A stretch of DNA of 64,000 bases, from positions 248,001 through 312,000 of the forward strand of contig JANJGN010000301.1 in the NCBI GenBank assembly GCA_026770705.1. The letters are read 5' to 3'. Under the pieces are notes generated by a model. It had not been told where the DNA came from. It saw nothing but the letters and a program-made list of their open reading frames with translations, and ran no database searches. Made by a program: the position numbers and the translations under genes. Source of the stretch: Isurus oxyrinchus (lineage: Eukaryota). This document shows, piece by piece, positions 1 through 14,145 of the stretch. Every line of letters starts with the position of its first letter. Position 1 is the stretch's first letter.

Positions 1-270
1 AGGGTCGAGATTAATAGAAACTGAGACAGGGCCTAGTGCAGTGGTTACTGATGCAGGGTGTAGATTAACATAAACTCAGACAATGTCCAGTGCAGAGATG
101 ACTGACACAGGGTCTAGATTAATGTAAACTGAGACAGGGTCCACTGCAGCAATTAATGATACAGGGTCTAAATTAATATAAACTGAGACAGTGTCTAGTG
201 CAGTGATTCCTGATATATGGTCTGGACTAGAATAAACTGAGACAGGGCCAAGTGCAAGAATTAATTCATC
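1..270. repeat. Degenerate ~30-bp minisatellite (ACTGAGACAGGGTCTAGTGCA.. unit)
   Basis: Recurrent GACAGGG(T/C)CTAG(T/A) core about every 30 bp; the same family recurs at 2450-3480 and 6330-6530. Confidence 0.7.
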
Positions 271-1509
271 ATTGATGCCCATATCCCAAGAACGAATTAA
301 AACACTGCAAAATACTGCGGGTTCCGGAAATCTAAAGCAGGGCAAAATATAACCACTCAGCAGGTCAGTGGGCATCAATAGAGAGAAAAACAGGTCAAAC
401 GTTCAGGCTGATGACAGGTGCAAAATCTCCCTTGGTACCAATCTATAGAGCAGGACTGTTCTCCCCACCATGCTAGTCCAGTATTCATTCTTCAACTAAA
501 ATCACATATTATCTCATCATTTTTTGCAGCTCTATTCGTGGGAGCTTGCTGTGCACAAATCACCGGATGGATTTCCAATATTACAGCAGTGACTAAACTT
601 CAACAAATGTACATCAGCGAATTTCAAGGGCTTTAGGATTTCATGGGGTTGTAAGCAGCGTTCTATAAATGTAAATTCTTCCTAAATGTTAACATTTAAA
701 AATGCTGGTTGTGATATGTTGAAAACTTTGAGATTAATATGAATAGGTCGCTCCTGTGGCTGCTATTTTAAATTGTCCATTTTTAATCAGTTAAATCTTC
801 CAACAAATTGACATTGAGTGTAATCCCAGCCTGTTCAAATATTCATCATTGATTGTGACAATAGAACTTTCAGAATTGAATTATTAATTTAAATGTATTT
901 TTAATTATTTGAAATAAATAACATCTGTTCTAATGGATGTTGAAAATGTTTCTATTAATTTTATACCAACTGTCAATATTCTTAAAATAAACTCTTGTTT
1001 TGAGTTGAAACCAATCAATAAGTGTCTGTGTTTATCTGGTTTTGCTGCCATGAACACTTCATTGAAATCAGTGAGGCGTTTATGTAAATAAACACAGAAA
1101 TAGAAGTCCCAGATTAGATTCCGGAGACACAAAAGCACAGTAAATATTTCCCCATCAACATAGCACAAAAATAGAGTCAAACATGCAAATACATCAACCG
1201 ATTTCAGTAGCAATTGTTTTTTGGGCATTTTTAAAATCAGTTAAATGAGAATTATGTCACGATGATATCTCTGTTCAGAATTAAGTAAGATTCCCACTTA
1301 TCATGAAATATAATGTCATGGCAAATGTGTTTGTAGGGATGTCCTGTATCCTCTCTCTCTGTCTCTTTCTCCTCTCTGGTACTTTGTCTTGTCTCTCCAC
1401 CATGGGTCACTGTCTTTACTCCACAACATGAAGTCAATGTCTAGCCAATATATTTTCTCAGCCCGGTTCATACACTTCAAACTAAATTGATCTAATGAAA
1501 TGGATTATA

Positions 1510-2450
1510 ATCCATAGAGGGAACTTTATTCTAAATCTGTTTTGAGCGTTCACTGACTTGAGAGTGCTTGGTGGGAAACTGCAGATGAAACTACTCTGTA
1601 TCTAACCTGTGTTGCAGCCAGTAGCGTAGATTTGATGTGACCGTGCCGAAGGATCTTTCCCTGTATCTAACCCGTGCTGTTCCTGCCTTTGGAGTGTCTG
1701 ATGGAGTGTAGAGGGAGCTTTACTTTGCACCTAACCTGCACTGTGACTGCCCTGGGAGTGTTTGATACGACTGTGTAGAGGGAGATTTACTCTGTATCTA
1801 AACTGTGCTATACCTGGCCTGGGAGCAATTGATTGGGTAGTTTAGAGGGAGTGTTACTCTGCATCTAAACCATGCTATATTTGACATGGCTGTAGACACT
1901 GTAGAGGGGGATTTGCCCCTATCTAAGCCCTGGAAATATCTGATGTGATGGTGCAGAGGCAGCTTTCCTCTTTACCTGCCCCTAGTGCCGAGCTTCCTGG
2001 GAAATGTCTGATGAAGAGTGCAGAGGAAACCTTACACTGCATAGAATCCTTACCCTTACATGCCTCAACTGTGTTTGAGCGAACAATGTAGAGGAAGTTT
2101 TACCCTGTTTCTGAACTGTGCTGCACCTGCCCTGGAATGTTTGATGGTGACAGTGTCGAGGGAGATTCACTCTGAATCTAACCCATGCTATACCTGCATT
2201 GGGAGATTTTCATGTGGCAATGCAGAGGGAACTTTACATCATTAATGTAGCCCCATGCTACACCTGCCCTGGGGCTGTTTGGTGGAGCCGTGGGCCTTGT
2301 CTATGCATTACACTAGACCGTGTCCAACCGTATCTAACCCGTGCTGTACCTGCCCTGGGAGTGTTCAATGTGACAATGTAGAGGTAGCTTTAATTTCTGT
2401 GACTAGACCCATGCTGCATCTGTCCTGGGAGTGTTTGATGGGAAAGTAGA
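1510..2450. repeat. Degenerate ~60-bp tandem repeat (GTAGAGGGAGCTTTACTCTGTATCTAACCCGTGCTGTACCTGCCCTGGGAGTGTTTGATG)
   Basis: Unit visibly reiterated many times; remnants also occur near 17860-17960 and 18570-18790. Confidence 0.8.
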
Positions 2451-3480
2451 CCCTGTCTTGATATTGCATTCGACCGTGACCCTGTCTCTGTTTATATTGC
2501 AGTCGACCCTGCCTCTGTTTGTATTACACTAGGCCCTGTTCCTGTTCATGTTGCACCCAACATGTCTCTGTTTATATTGCACTAGACAGTGTCTCTGTTT
2601 ACATTGAACTAGGCCCTGCCCCTGTTTATATGACACTCAACATGTCTCTTTATATTATATTCGACCTGCCTCTGTTTATATTGCATGAGACGCTGTCTCT
2701 GTTTATATTGCACTAGGCCCTGCCCCGGTTTATATTACACTAGACCCTGTTTCTGTTTATGTTACACTAGACCCTGTCTCTATTTATTTTACACTGGACG
2801 CCGTTTCTGTTTATATTACTCTAGATCCTGTCCTTGCTTCTATTAAACAAGCCCTGTCTCTGTTTATATTATAATTGACCTGTCTCTGTATATATTAATC
2901 TAGAACTGTCTCTGTATTTCAGTAGCCACTGTCTCAGTTCTGTGCTAGATCATATCTGTATTTAAATTACATTAGACCCTGCCTCTGTTATTACTGCACT
3001 GCACACGTGCAATAATATGGAAATTGGCTGGGGTGGAAATAGTGAAGATAAGGCAGCAAGATGGTGGGAACAATTAACATGGGTGCCTATTTAGATGTTA
3101 TAACTTGTCCTACCTGCATCCCAGATTTGTGTTCATGATCTGCAGACCTCTCTTTTTTGCAGCTGTTTAAATTAAACAATTTAACTCCTATTTTCAGGGT
3201 CTAGTGCAATAAAGTAAGGGAATATACTAATGTAATATAAACTGAGGACAATTACATAAATAACTGAGACAGGACCTAATGTTACAGAAACAGAAACATG
3301 GACTAGAACAGTAACAAAGAGGCAGGCCCATTAAAATATGAACAGAGACATGGTGGAGAGCAGCAATAACTGAGACAGAGTCCAGTGTTACAGAAACAGA
3401 ATCATGGACTAGAGAAGTAACAATGAGACAGGCTGAGTGTAATATTAACAGAAACACGGTGGAATGCAGCAATATTGACA
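2450..3480. repeat. ~30-bp minisatellite (CTAGACCCTGTCTCTGTTTATATTGCA), in both orientations
   Basis: 2450-3000 is the reverse complement of the units at 1-270 and 3195-3480. Confidence 0.75.
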
Positions 3481-4024
3481 CCATATTGAAGTCCCACAGA
3501 ACCAGATAAGATCTGGGTGGAGATACCTCCTGGTGATTACCACCTATTGCCCTCCCTCAGCTGACGAATCTGTACTCCTTCATCTTTAGCACTGCGTGGA
3601 AGAAACACTGAGGGTAGCAAGGGCAAAGAATATGCTGTGAATTTGCAAAATCATTTACCATTTGACAAGACCAAGAATGCCGGAGCTGGATGAGTCCTGA
3701 ACGACGTATCTGCCAGGATGGACCTGCCACAGATGGTTAGAGAGCCAACACGAGGGAAACCCTTACCTGATCTCCGTCCCACCACACTATTGATATAAAT
3801 GTGATTGACCCCTGCTCTGTCCTTGTGGAAACCCAGGCCGGTATTCACACTGAGCACATTCTCCATTGTGTTGTGTGGCACTGCTGCTGTGCTAAACGGG
3901 ATACATTCAGAACAGATCTAGCAGCTCAAAACTTAGCATCAACGAGATACTGTTGGTCATTAACAGCAGGACAGTTGCATTCAATCACACCCTGTAATCT
4001 CATGGACCAGAATATCCCTCACTC

Positions 4025-4700
4025 AAACCTTAGTGTGCATATCCACAGATTCCTGAAGGTAGCAGAGCAGGTAGATGAGGTGGTTAAGAAGGCATATGGG
4101 TTACTTGCCTTTATTATCTGAGGCATAAAACACAAGAGCAGGCAGGTTATGCTGGAACTTTATAAAACGTTGGTTAGGCCACAACTGGAGCACTACTGCA
4201 GTTCTGGTCACCACATTTCTAGGAAGTATGTGACTGCATTGGAGAGAGTGCAGAGGAGATTTACCAAGATGCTATCTGGGCTGGAGCATCTGAACTATGA
4301 GGAAAGATTGGATATGCTGGGCTGTTTTCCTTGGAGCAACGATGGTTGAGGGGGTGCTGAGGGGCATAGGCAGAATGGATAGGAAGGCACCTTTTCCATT
4401 AGTACAGGGGTCATAAACCAGAGAGCAGAGATTTTAGATAAGAGGTAGAAGGCTAAGAGGGGAGTTGAGGAGAATCTTTTTCACCCAGGGGGTGGTAGGA
4501 ATTTGGAACTCACTGCCCGAAAGGATGGTTGAGTCAGAAACTCTAGTAACATTTAAGAAGGATTTAAATGTTCACTTAAGCTGCCATAGCCTCCAGGGCT
4601 ATGAGCCAAGTGCGGGAAAATGGGATTAGTGTAATCAGATCTTTGTTTACCGGGGCGGGTAACGATGAGCCGAATGGCCTCCATCTGTGCTGTAAACGTC
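4025..4700 (+). mobile_element. CR1-clade LINE 3' fragment
   Basis: Translations VVKKAYGLLAFI and MLELYKTLVRPQLE..LERVQRRFTKM match the CR1 ORF2 C-terminus; frameshifted. Confidence 0.85.
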
Positions 4701-4849
4701 TCTGAGTCTTTGAGTCTAACATCCAGCCTGGGAATAATGAGGAATGTAGGCCAGCAGGTCAGAAGCAAGACCAGGCATACCTGAAATTGATGAACCATAG
4801 CGCGAAGATAGAATAATGTACATAATGGACAACAGATTAGGTCCGCCCG

Positions 4850-5950
4850 CTCGCAGCTCAATCAGTCTACTCTCAATCATCAGTAAAGTGACTGAAGGTG
4901 TCGCCAAAATGCCCACCAAAGCTCAGACTGAATCCACCAGGATCAACCAGCATCAAAGCTCATTGTAAACTTGGTCTGAACATGGACAAGAGAGCGAACT
5001 TCCAGACATGATGTATGAGTGCTTCAGTACTTGATTTCAAAGTAGCTATTAACTGAGTCTGGTATCAGGAAGCCTTGGAAAGTGTCAGGTCAATGGGAAT
5101 CAGGGGCAAGTCTCTCCACTGGCTGGAGTCACACCTAGCAAATATGAAGATGTTGTGTTGTTGAAGACCAATCATCTCGGCACCAGGACATCATTCCAGG
5201 AGTCTCTCAGAGAAGTGTCCTTGGTCCAACCATCTTCAGCAGCTTGATCAATGACCCTCCTTTCATCGCTGGGTCAGGAGTGGGGATGTTCACTCATATT
5301 TGCACAGTGTTCAGTTCCATTTATGACCTCTCAGATGATGAAACCGTCCTTACTTATTGCATCTCGAACTGGGCAAGTTTGAGCTGATAAGTTGCAAGTG
5401 ATATAAGCAGCACTCAAGTGCCAGGCAATGACCAACTCCAACAATAAAGGAACCAAATATCTCCCCTTGACGTTCAAAAGACATTACCATCACTGAAACC
5501 CACAATCAACGTTGTGCAGGTGGCATTGAACAGAAACTGAACTGGATCAGCCATATAAATACTATGGCTACAAGAGTAGGTCAGAGGCTGGGAATCATGT
5601 GGCGAATAACTCACCTCCAGATTCCACAAAGCCTTTCCACTATCTGCAAATCTGGAAGTCAAATGCCTGTTGGAAATTGTTTACTTTCCTTGACAAATGT
5701 AACTGCAGCAACACTCAAGAACCTCCACACCAACCAGGGGAAATCAACCCCTTGATAGGCTCCTCATTCAGGAATTAAACATTCACTCTTTTTGCCACTG
5801 ATACACAGTGGCTGCAGTATGTAACATCCACAGAATTCACTGCAGCAACTCGCCAAGGCCTCTTCAACAACACCTTCCATACCTGTGACCTCCACCTCCC
5901 AGAATACTAAGGGCAACAAGCACATGGGAACACAATGCCCTGCATCCTCC
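4850..5950 (+). mobile_element. Degenerate LINE reverse-transcriptase fragment (CR1-like)
   Basis: Decayed RT-like stretches (GVSQRSVLGPTIFS..INDP); a related antisense copy lies near 18000-18560. Confidence 0.6.
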
Positions 5951-6589
5951 TACACGTACCACTCCATAGATGGGAAATTGGCCTTTGGCACCGGAAAAGA
6001 AGGTATATCTGAAATCTAATTCTGCTGACTGCACTGAAAATGAATATCAAGTGCTGCGTAGCATATGCTGCCGATCCGATACCGTCCTTTCAGATACCGA
6101 TTCCTAGCCTAATGTAGTTATTATAATATTATCTCTCCATCTCACAGAAACATGGAGTAATGCAGCTCTAATTTAAACAGAGGCATAGATAAAAGCAAAA
6201 TTCTGCAAATGCTGGAAATCTGAAATTAAGACAGAAAATGCTGGACAAACTCAGCAGGTTGGACGGCATCTGTGGAGAGAGAAACAGAGTTAAATGTTTC
6301 GATTCCATATGATTCTTCCTCAGAAACATAGCCTAGTGTCATAGTTACAATGACCACTATAATGTAGACATAGTCAAGATTTAATATAACATAAACAGAG
6401 ACAGGGCCTAGTGTAATATAAACAGAGAAAGAATCCGGTGCAATACAAACTGAGATGGCTTCCAGTGGAACATTAATGAGATAGGGTCTATTTTCATACA
6501 AACAGAGGCCTGATCCAGCACAACAGAAATAAAGTAGTTCCCAGGGAATTAATAATCGAACTAGGATCCTGTATAATATGGGAGGGACG

Positions 6590-7070
6590 ATCGTGCCGTG
6601 GGAACTTCACTGGATCAGTAACCCAGAGATCCAGGCCTTTTCCCTGGGGGTAGAGGTTTGAATCCCATTATGGCAGCATGTGGAATCCAAATTCAATTAA
6701 TAAATCTGGAATTGAAAGCTCATCTCAATAATGGTGACCATGAAACTATAATCGGTTATATTAAACATCCGTCTGGTTCACCGATGCCCTTTAGGGAAGG
6801 AAATCTGCCGTCCTGACCCAGTCTGACCTACGTTTGTTTTTTTGTTCGTTCATGAGAATGGGGGCGGCGCTGGCTAGGCCAGCATTTATTGCCCATCCCT
6901 AATTGCCCCTTTAAGAACAGTGCGGCTTGTTAGGATGGGTTTTTACGACAATGCTTTCATAGTCACCATTTGATTTTTCAATTCAAATTTCATCATCTGG
7001 CGTGGTGGGATTCAAACCCAGACCCCCAGCGATTTACTAGCCCAGTGAGAAAACCAGCACATCACCACCT
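6590..7070. mobile_element. Nested tRNA-derived shark SINE fragments
   Basis: B-box-like GTTTGAATCCC and the shared core CTGGTTCAC..ATG.CCTTTAGGGAAGGAAATCTGCC, also seen at 10560, 32340, 55260 and 59120. Confidence 0.65.
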
Positions 7071-7899
7071 CCCATACATATAACTCCAGACCCACAGCTT
7101 TGTGGAGCCCCATTCTCCAGTTACTTGTTTACTTGTCCACCACCATTTACAATTGAATGTGACAGGACTGCAGAGGTAAATCCGATCGGTTTGAATTGGG
7201 AACCTCCAGACTGTGTGATATAAATATTGGTGTTGATTGTTGCAGTATTAATTGAAACAGGGTACTTTGAAACATAAAGAGAGACAGTGTTTGGTCTAAC
7301 ACAAAAATAGATGGAGTTCAATTTAAATAGACAGAGAGTGGGTCCAATGCAGTGTTAATTGAGAGAATGCCTGCTTCATAGAATGTGTCCATCAAGATTT
7401 CACATCCATCTGCTGGCCAAACTTTGCAATTGCAGCTACTGTGAAAATGTTGCTGTCAGGTTAGGTCTTTGACATTATTGTATCAAGAATCCACTTCCCC
7501 AGGTGTCACACCACATCGCCTTCTGTGGGAGGTGGTGTCAAAATTTAACAAAATTCAACTAATTGCAGGTGGACATGGCTGATTAGCGCACGTTAAAGTC
7601 AGCACCAGAGTAAAGCGGCCCAATTCCTGGTGATGTAACTTTGTTCATCTTGATCAAAGGGAGGGATGTTGATCAGGGAGCTGTATAGAGACCATTGGAG
7701 CATTAATATCCACCTCAACGAACATAGTGTTGGGAAGAGTTTATTGGTTCATGATACCACCTGAAAGACAGTTAGAGTCATTTTCTTCAATAGTTAAAGG
7801 CTATGGAGCCTCCCAGGAAGTCAAAGTGCGATCTTAAGTTGAAGCACAAGATGCCATCTTGGTCTGTGTTTGTGTGTGTGTGTTTCTGTGTGTGTGTGT

Positions 7900-9520
7900 G
7901 TGTGAAGGAGATTGGGAGGGAGCGAAAGAGAGGGATAAGCAAATCACATTGTTTGCAACTGAATTTCACGAAGATCCTGGACAACCTTACATCTATGAAA
8001 GGTCACAGACACACAATGGAAACAAAGCCATTTCCGATGTGCTGATTGCTAAGGAGGCCAATTGTTGTGAGGCAGTATCTGCCACAAGTGCTGCACATGA
8101 ACCTAGAAAATGTCGTTGTGGCTTCTTTTTTTCCCCGGTGTTAGCCTGGATTACCAAGCCACTGTAGCCACTGGTCAACGTGGTGGTTCACGCCAAACCA
8201 CAGGAGGTGTCACCATTTTCCTCACTCGTCAGTTAGGGACACTCAGTTGTGATAATCGATATTTAGGGCCTTCACTTCTAGCATCCTTGAAGCGGAGCTT
8301 TGGGCATCCCACTGGTTGTATGGTGACTCCCTCACCATACAGAAAGTCCTTGTGTATGTGACCATCTTCCATCCTGCGAACGTTCCCAAGACACAAAAAC
8401 CGCTTCTGTTTGATGCGTTCTGCAGTTTTGGGAGCTCTGCCTTTGACAGTACCACTGCATTTGTGACTTTATCCTGCCAGTACATACTCAAGCTGCGCAG
8501 CAGGCAGTGAAGGTGGAAATTGTGGGGCTTCTTTTCTTGATAACTGTAATTCATTTATGTTTCACAGCCATAGAGAAAGGTGCTGAGAACGCAGGCCTTA
8601 TAAACCATCAGCTTGGTCCTAAGGGCCAGTTTGATGTTATTCCAGGGGTGTTTCACGAGTCAGCCAAAGGTGGAAGCTGCTTTCCCCATATGGGTATCAA
8701 GTTCTGCAGCAAGGAACAGGCTGCCTGTCACCTTGGAACCCAGGCAGCAGAATTTACTTCCATCGGTTTTTTATTTAGTGTGATCAATGACGGAAATACA
8801 ATACCTTATCCCATGACCACGGTTTTCTCCATGTTTATAGTCAGGGAGAGCAAGTTACAGGCATGGGAGAGTCAGCTCAACAGTCTTTGTGGATGAGTTT
8901 CCGTTTTGATGACACAGTTATCAGCGTGGAGGAGTTCTCTGATCAAGATTCAATGTGTTTATGTCTTCACTTTCGACTTATAGATTGTGGAGCTTGTGGT
9001 CTGATCGAGTGTGTAAGTCAACTCCTTCCATATTTACAGGGAAGACAAAGATCAGCAGCATGTAGAAGGTGCCCAACAGAGTGGGGATTGGACACTGGTA
9101 TTTTTCACTCCAGTCTTCACTCCGAATCTGTCGGATGTGGAATCATCAATCTGTACAGTGCAGTGCATGTTTTTATGCAACGAGTGAATGAGACTGAGGC
9201 GCTTTGGTGAACAGCCAGTTTTCCCAAATGCCTTGTAGAGTCCTGTTCTGCTGATGGTGTCCAGCGTGTGGAGCAAATCATGTCCAGAGTATAGCTTCAG
9301 TTAAAAACATCAAATTGTGCTTCAGCCTGCAACCAGATGAAGTCTTTAAAGCATGACCTGAGCAAAGGCCTTCCCCGTTACTCTATGAATGAGATGTCCC
9401 TGTAGTTGTTGCAGTCTCACCTGTCGGCTTTGTTTTCAGATAGTGTGGTGATTTTTGCATCATTCACCTCCTGTGGAACGGATCTTATCTTTCAGCAGAG
9501 TAGAAGAAGATTGTAAAGGC
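7900..9520 (-). mobile_element. Decayed RTE-like LINE fragment
   Basis: Minus-strand translations LDTISRTGLYKAFGKTGC..RFGVKTGV and a GDCNNYRDIS-like motif; related to 53650-54700. Confidence 0.7.
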
Positions 9521-9527
9521 TGAGAAA

Positions 9528-9775
9528 GATAAATAATTATCAACACCAATTATTATCAACTCACGAAGGTAAATAATTATCTTCAAGAATTATCATCAAT
9601 TCACAAAGATAAATAAGTATATTCACCAAATGGCATCCATTCACAAAGATAAATAATAATATTCACCAACTATCATCAATCCACAAAGATAAATTATATT
9701 CACCAATTACCATCAATTCACAAGACAAATAATTATATTCAGCAATTATCATCCATTCACAAATATTAACAATTG
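9528..9775. repeat. AT-rich ~36-bp tandem repeat (CAATTCACAAAGATAAATAATTATATTCACCAATTATCAT)
   Basis: About 6-7 imperfect copies are visible. Confidence 0.8.
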
Positions 9776-10554
9776 CATGAACCAAGCATTTTCAGTATTT
9801 TATTCCATACAAAATGTAACTGCGATTCATTTAATATCGTTAACAGTTATTGAGATCACATTGACCATTCTGTCAGTGAGGAATCACATCTGTCCCAGAA
9901 TTCAGCGGGAAATGGAATTAAATCAGACCGAGGATAATGAGCAGCTACCCAGCAGCCTCTGCGCTTTATTGACAAGTAATCTCCTCATCATCACACAGAA
10001 ACTCCTGAAATGTAACTGGAGTGTGTGAGGATTTGTAAAGTAATGGTATAAATAAAACTACCTGGAGCTGACTGTAAGTTAATGCGGCTCTCCAGTGAGT
10101 AATGCCCGTTACCCTCCCTAATTTGGGTGAGGATATGTTGAATGCTTTGTTTTACATGAAAGGACCACATGTTCCAAATATTACAATCCTCCATCCTAAA
10201 CCGAATTATGTACCCGCTTTCTGTCTTAAAGATAATGATTCCCCATCAGCAGGGAAGAATCATCAGTACCACAGGGACATCTCCAGGCTTCTTGGTGACG
10301 TTCAGCTCGATACCCTGGGAATGGAATACATCCAGAAAATCCGGAGGGACTGAAGGTATTAGATTGACACAAATGAAAAGCTGGACCTGCTTCAAGGTAT
10401 GGAGTAGTCAAGCACCAAGATGAGAAGGTAAAACAGTATGTCCAGATGCGCCTTTCGATACATCGATCAATTCATTCACTGTTCCTTTCATAAAAATGTT
10501 CAGGCATCCAACCATCATTCATTCCCACATCTCTGCAACATCCCTCCATTCTTT

Positions 10555-10940
10555 GGCAGATGGTGGTGTTGTATTCATGTCACTGGACGAGTAATCCAGA
10601 GACCTAAGCTATTCTCCTGGGGACACGAATTCAAATCCCGCCATGGCAGCGAGTGGAATTTAAATTCAACAATAAACCTGGGATTGAAAACTGGTCTCAG
10701 TGAGCAGAACCATGAAGCTATCAACGATTGTGGAAAAAAACTCATCTGGTTCACTAATGTCCTTTTGGAAAGGAAATCTGTCACTGGACCTAGTCAGGCC
10801 TACATGTGACTCCAGATCCATAGAAATATGGTGGACTCTACCTGCCCTCTGAAATGGCCCAGCAAGGCACTCAGTTCAAAGGCAATTAGGGAGAAGCAAC
10901 AAATGCTGGCCTTGCCAGTGACTCCCACATCCCGTGAAAA
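10555..10940 (+). mobile_element. tRNA-derived SINE
   Basis: A-box/B-box-like head, shared SINE core and CCCACATCCCGTGAAAAA tail. Confidence 0.7.
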
Positions 10941-12730
10941 AGTAAAGGGGCAAAAAAAATCACACAGATTTATATGTTTGACTGTAACAAAATGTACCCT
11001 CTCTCTGAGTCCTCTCTGATAATCTGCCTGTAATTCTTTCCATCCATCCATTCACCACAATATTATGGTGTGTTGGAGAGATCCTCCAATGAGCCAGTGA
11101 TGATGAGAGAGTATCAGAGAAGCTGGATAACTTTTCTTTCCTGAGAGCTGGGCACAGTCCACATAAGTTCACAATTTAAAATAATAAAGCTGACTCCAGT
11201 GTCGTTGCTGGGTAGATTTGTTATAAATAGGCCTTGTTGCCAAGTGTCAAGAGTTAAGAGTTTGAAGTTGGCTTGCAGCCAAGCGGTCAGTACTGAGGAA
11301 ACAGATCTTTCATTTACTCCACAAACTCACAGATGCTTCCTGTAAACAACATTGCACATTCGAGCGTCCCTGACTGCAGCCGGCTGGCTTTCTGCCAAAT
11401 ACTGCGTGGGGCAGATTAGCCTGGATATGAATGAACAAAATGGGATTTAGCCATTCAAACAATAAATGTTTCAGTCGCACACGAAGGACACATTTTAAAT
11501 GGCATTTCATCTAAGGAAATATTTTAATGAATGCCGTGTTCACTGAGGTTAAACACGATCAGGAAATTGGCCGTATACTATTTAATTTATACTATTGCTA
11601 AGTAAAGGACATTCCAGTTATTAAAGCCTGTTTATTAAGAACTTCATGAAGTGCGAGAGAGCGATGTTGATGGTCCCAATCCCCCAGTCTAATGATTTGA
11701 GTAGAATGGCAAAAAAAAAAAAGAAATTAAATTAAAAGAAAACCATAGAATTGTCTTGAACCCGCAGGAATTCCTTGAATATTCCCCAAGTTGTGCACCT
11801 TAATTAACCTGAGGGATCACTTATACCCGATTAGCATCCTGTACTGTATTGTTTAATTTGTGCTGATTTCGAATATTTAACAGTCCCTCTCATTGCTGCC
11901 AATGAGTGGAGAAATAACCAGTTCATGACCCGCTTCAGTGGAAGATAAAACATTTATTCTTGTGATGTTGTGTAATATGCCGCAAAGTGCTGATATCCTG
12001 TGTTCCCAATACCAGTGAATGGTAGACAGCGGGAGGCCAATAAAATTAGCTGCAATGATTTGAATTCTGAAGGATAACTTTGCTGATCTCCGTGTCCGTT
12101 CTGATTCATTAACTTCTCCGTCAAAAATTGATTTAAATTTTACGTTTCTCTGTAAACTCACTGTTTAATTATCAGGCAGGTGGGCTTTTTTTGCTGCTAA
12201 TTTTCACAGGGCTGTCTTAGGGTCAGGGGCAGTTAGAGAAATGCGAGGAGGGACATTGTATAATGTGAGGAGATTCTTCTTATCTCCGGACCCAAATTGT
12301 ACAGCGATAGCCACCCTGGCTGTAAATAGAATCACCTTGTTCATCCCCCGCATTTAGTTACACAAATCAATAATAATTCCTGTGACTGATGACACTTTAT
12401 TGTGGTAATGAGATAGAGACCCGGAGTTGCTGCAAAACAGACTGACATTCCCTTTATTCCCTGATAATATAATTTATTTTTTTAGGTTCCATCCCTTGTG
12501 AGGTAGTGTAGAAATAAATTGACTTAATTATCAATGGAATTAGTTTTTTTTATTAACAGATGTTCAACTGGAATTTCACCATTGGAACCAATGGATGCAT
12601 TCCAATGAATCCATTCAGCCAAATATCCCGATATCCACTTTTAACAATAACCTACTGTAAATATCTGAGTCCATTCTGTTGGGGATGTGGGAGGTGGTGT
12701 GTGGATCCATTCACCGCCTCCACCAGGGAA

Positions 12731-12780
12731 TCAACAGGCGGCGCCTGGAAACCCGCCCCCTTCTGCCGGGTATTTAAATA
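12731..12780 (+). promoter_or_regulatory. VH promoter: GC box and TATA-like element
   Basis: CCGCCCC near 12753 and TATTTAAATA at 12771-12780, about 90-100 bp upstream of the leader ATG. I saw no ATGCAAAT octamer nearby, consistent with shark VH promoters. Confidence 0.55.
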
Positions 12781-12869
12781 TCGCTCACTGGAGCCGGAAT
12801 CCAACAGTCCGGGAGCTGGTTTGTTCACTGAGTTCTGGACAGAACCATTTTCCCCAAATGACCAGAAGG

Positions 12870-12915
12870 ATGAGGTCGGCGATTTCTCTCAGTTTCTTGC
12901 TGACTTTCTTATCCC
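12870..12915 (+). CDS. IGHV: IgM VH leader exon (MRSAISLSFLLTFLS)
   Basis: Hydrophobic signal peptide with phase-1 donor C|GTGAG at 12916; alternative in-frame ATG at 12858. Confidence 0.93.
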
Positions 12916-13041
12916 GTGAGTAGTTTTCATTCTCCAAGTCTCTCACTATTACTGTCTCAGAGTTAATCTCTCTGGAATGTGACAGAGTCAGGAATCATTT
13001 CACCAGGATTAATCCTCGGGGTTTTTGATATATTTCTACAG

Positions 13042-13347
13042 GTGTCCAGTCGGAGGTTGTGTTGACTCAGCCAGAGGCAGAGACCGGGCGTCCCGGAGGC
13101 TCCCTGAGACTGACCTGTAAAACCAGCGGCTTCGATCTTGGCAGCTACAGCATGTACTGGGTCCGACAGGTTCCCGGACAAGGGTTGGAGTGGCTGCTTT
13201 GGTACTATAGTTCATCCAGCAACAACTATGCCCCAGCAATTAAAAATCGATTTACTGCGTCCAAAGACACTTCAAGAAACATCTTCTCCTTGGACATGAC
13301 GAGCCTGAAGACTGAAGACACCGCCATCTATTACTGTGCAACAAAGT
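13042..13347 (+). CDS. IGHV: Immunoglobulin heavy-chain V exon, germline and intact
   Basis: Acceptor TTTCTACAG|; [50 protein letters not shown] with both Cys and the Trp present, no stops. Confidence 0.97.
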
Positions 13348-13386
13348 CACAGCGAGAGGAACCAGGGCTGGACCCGAACAAGAACA
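13348..13386 (+). other. VH 23-RSS
   Basis: CACAGCG, 23-nt spacer, ACAAGAACA. Confidence 0.93.
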
Positions 13387-13755
13387 GATCGAGAGAAACT
13401 CAGCAACTTCCATCATAACCTGACGGTCAGTACTTGTTTTAAATATAATATTAACTGTTATGATCAAAAGCCGACAACAAGTCGCTTCTGACAAAAGTAA
13501 AACAGCAAATTTTACAGTAAATCCTAACAAAACAATCGATATCATGGGCTGAACTTCGGCTGTGTTTATATTTACTGTTAACAGTTTCCGCAATTACAAA
13601 CCTGGATATAATGTTCATTTGAATATGTCTAATACCTGTAGGGGATCACTGTTCATTGAGTTTTGTAAATTGCCGCATAAATACTAAACTAGATCAGGAG
13701 TAAACGTCTATTTGAAGTGAATATTGAGAGGCAGCACTGAACAGAGAGTGGGTGC

Positions 13756-13835
13756 AGTTTTTGTGCGGGTGTATTTCACTGTGATACTACAGGGGATCAC
13801 AGTGCTGTGCACAGCGACATCCTCATACAAAAACC
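13756..13835 (+). other. DH1 segment ATACTACAGGGGAT (13784-13797) with 5' 12-RSS and 3' 22-RSS
   Basis: AGTTTTTGT-12-CACTGTG [D] CACAGTG-22-ACAAAAACC. Confidence 0.95.
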
Positions 13836-14145
13836 TCAGAAGGAGTTTGTTCAAATTGGTGATCACGATCACAACAGGAAAAGTCAAAGAAAATAGGAGC
13901 TAAATAAAATAATGGGTATAAGTAATATTGGCTTGCAAAAATATATAAACGTCTTCTGCTTTGTTTGTTTTTACGGACACGATAAATCTTCACAGAGGCT
14001 TTTAAAGAACTCCAATCATACTTATAAATATAATGACCAGCACAAGCTGAAATATCTCACTGATTCACTCTTAGGCGTGTCGGAATCAGGTTTTTGTGAG
14101 CGCAGTGAAATTAAATCTCTGCATTTACAGTGAACAGTCTGCCGC

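Noticed and set aside
9528-9775. CRISPR-like periodicity of the ~36-bp repeat
   Set aside because: Head-to-tail imperfect repeats without unique spacers or cas genes, in vertebrate DNA.
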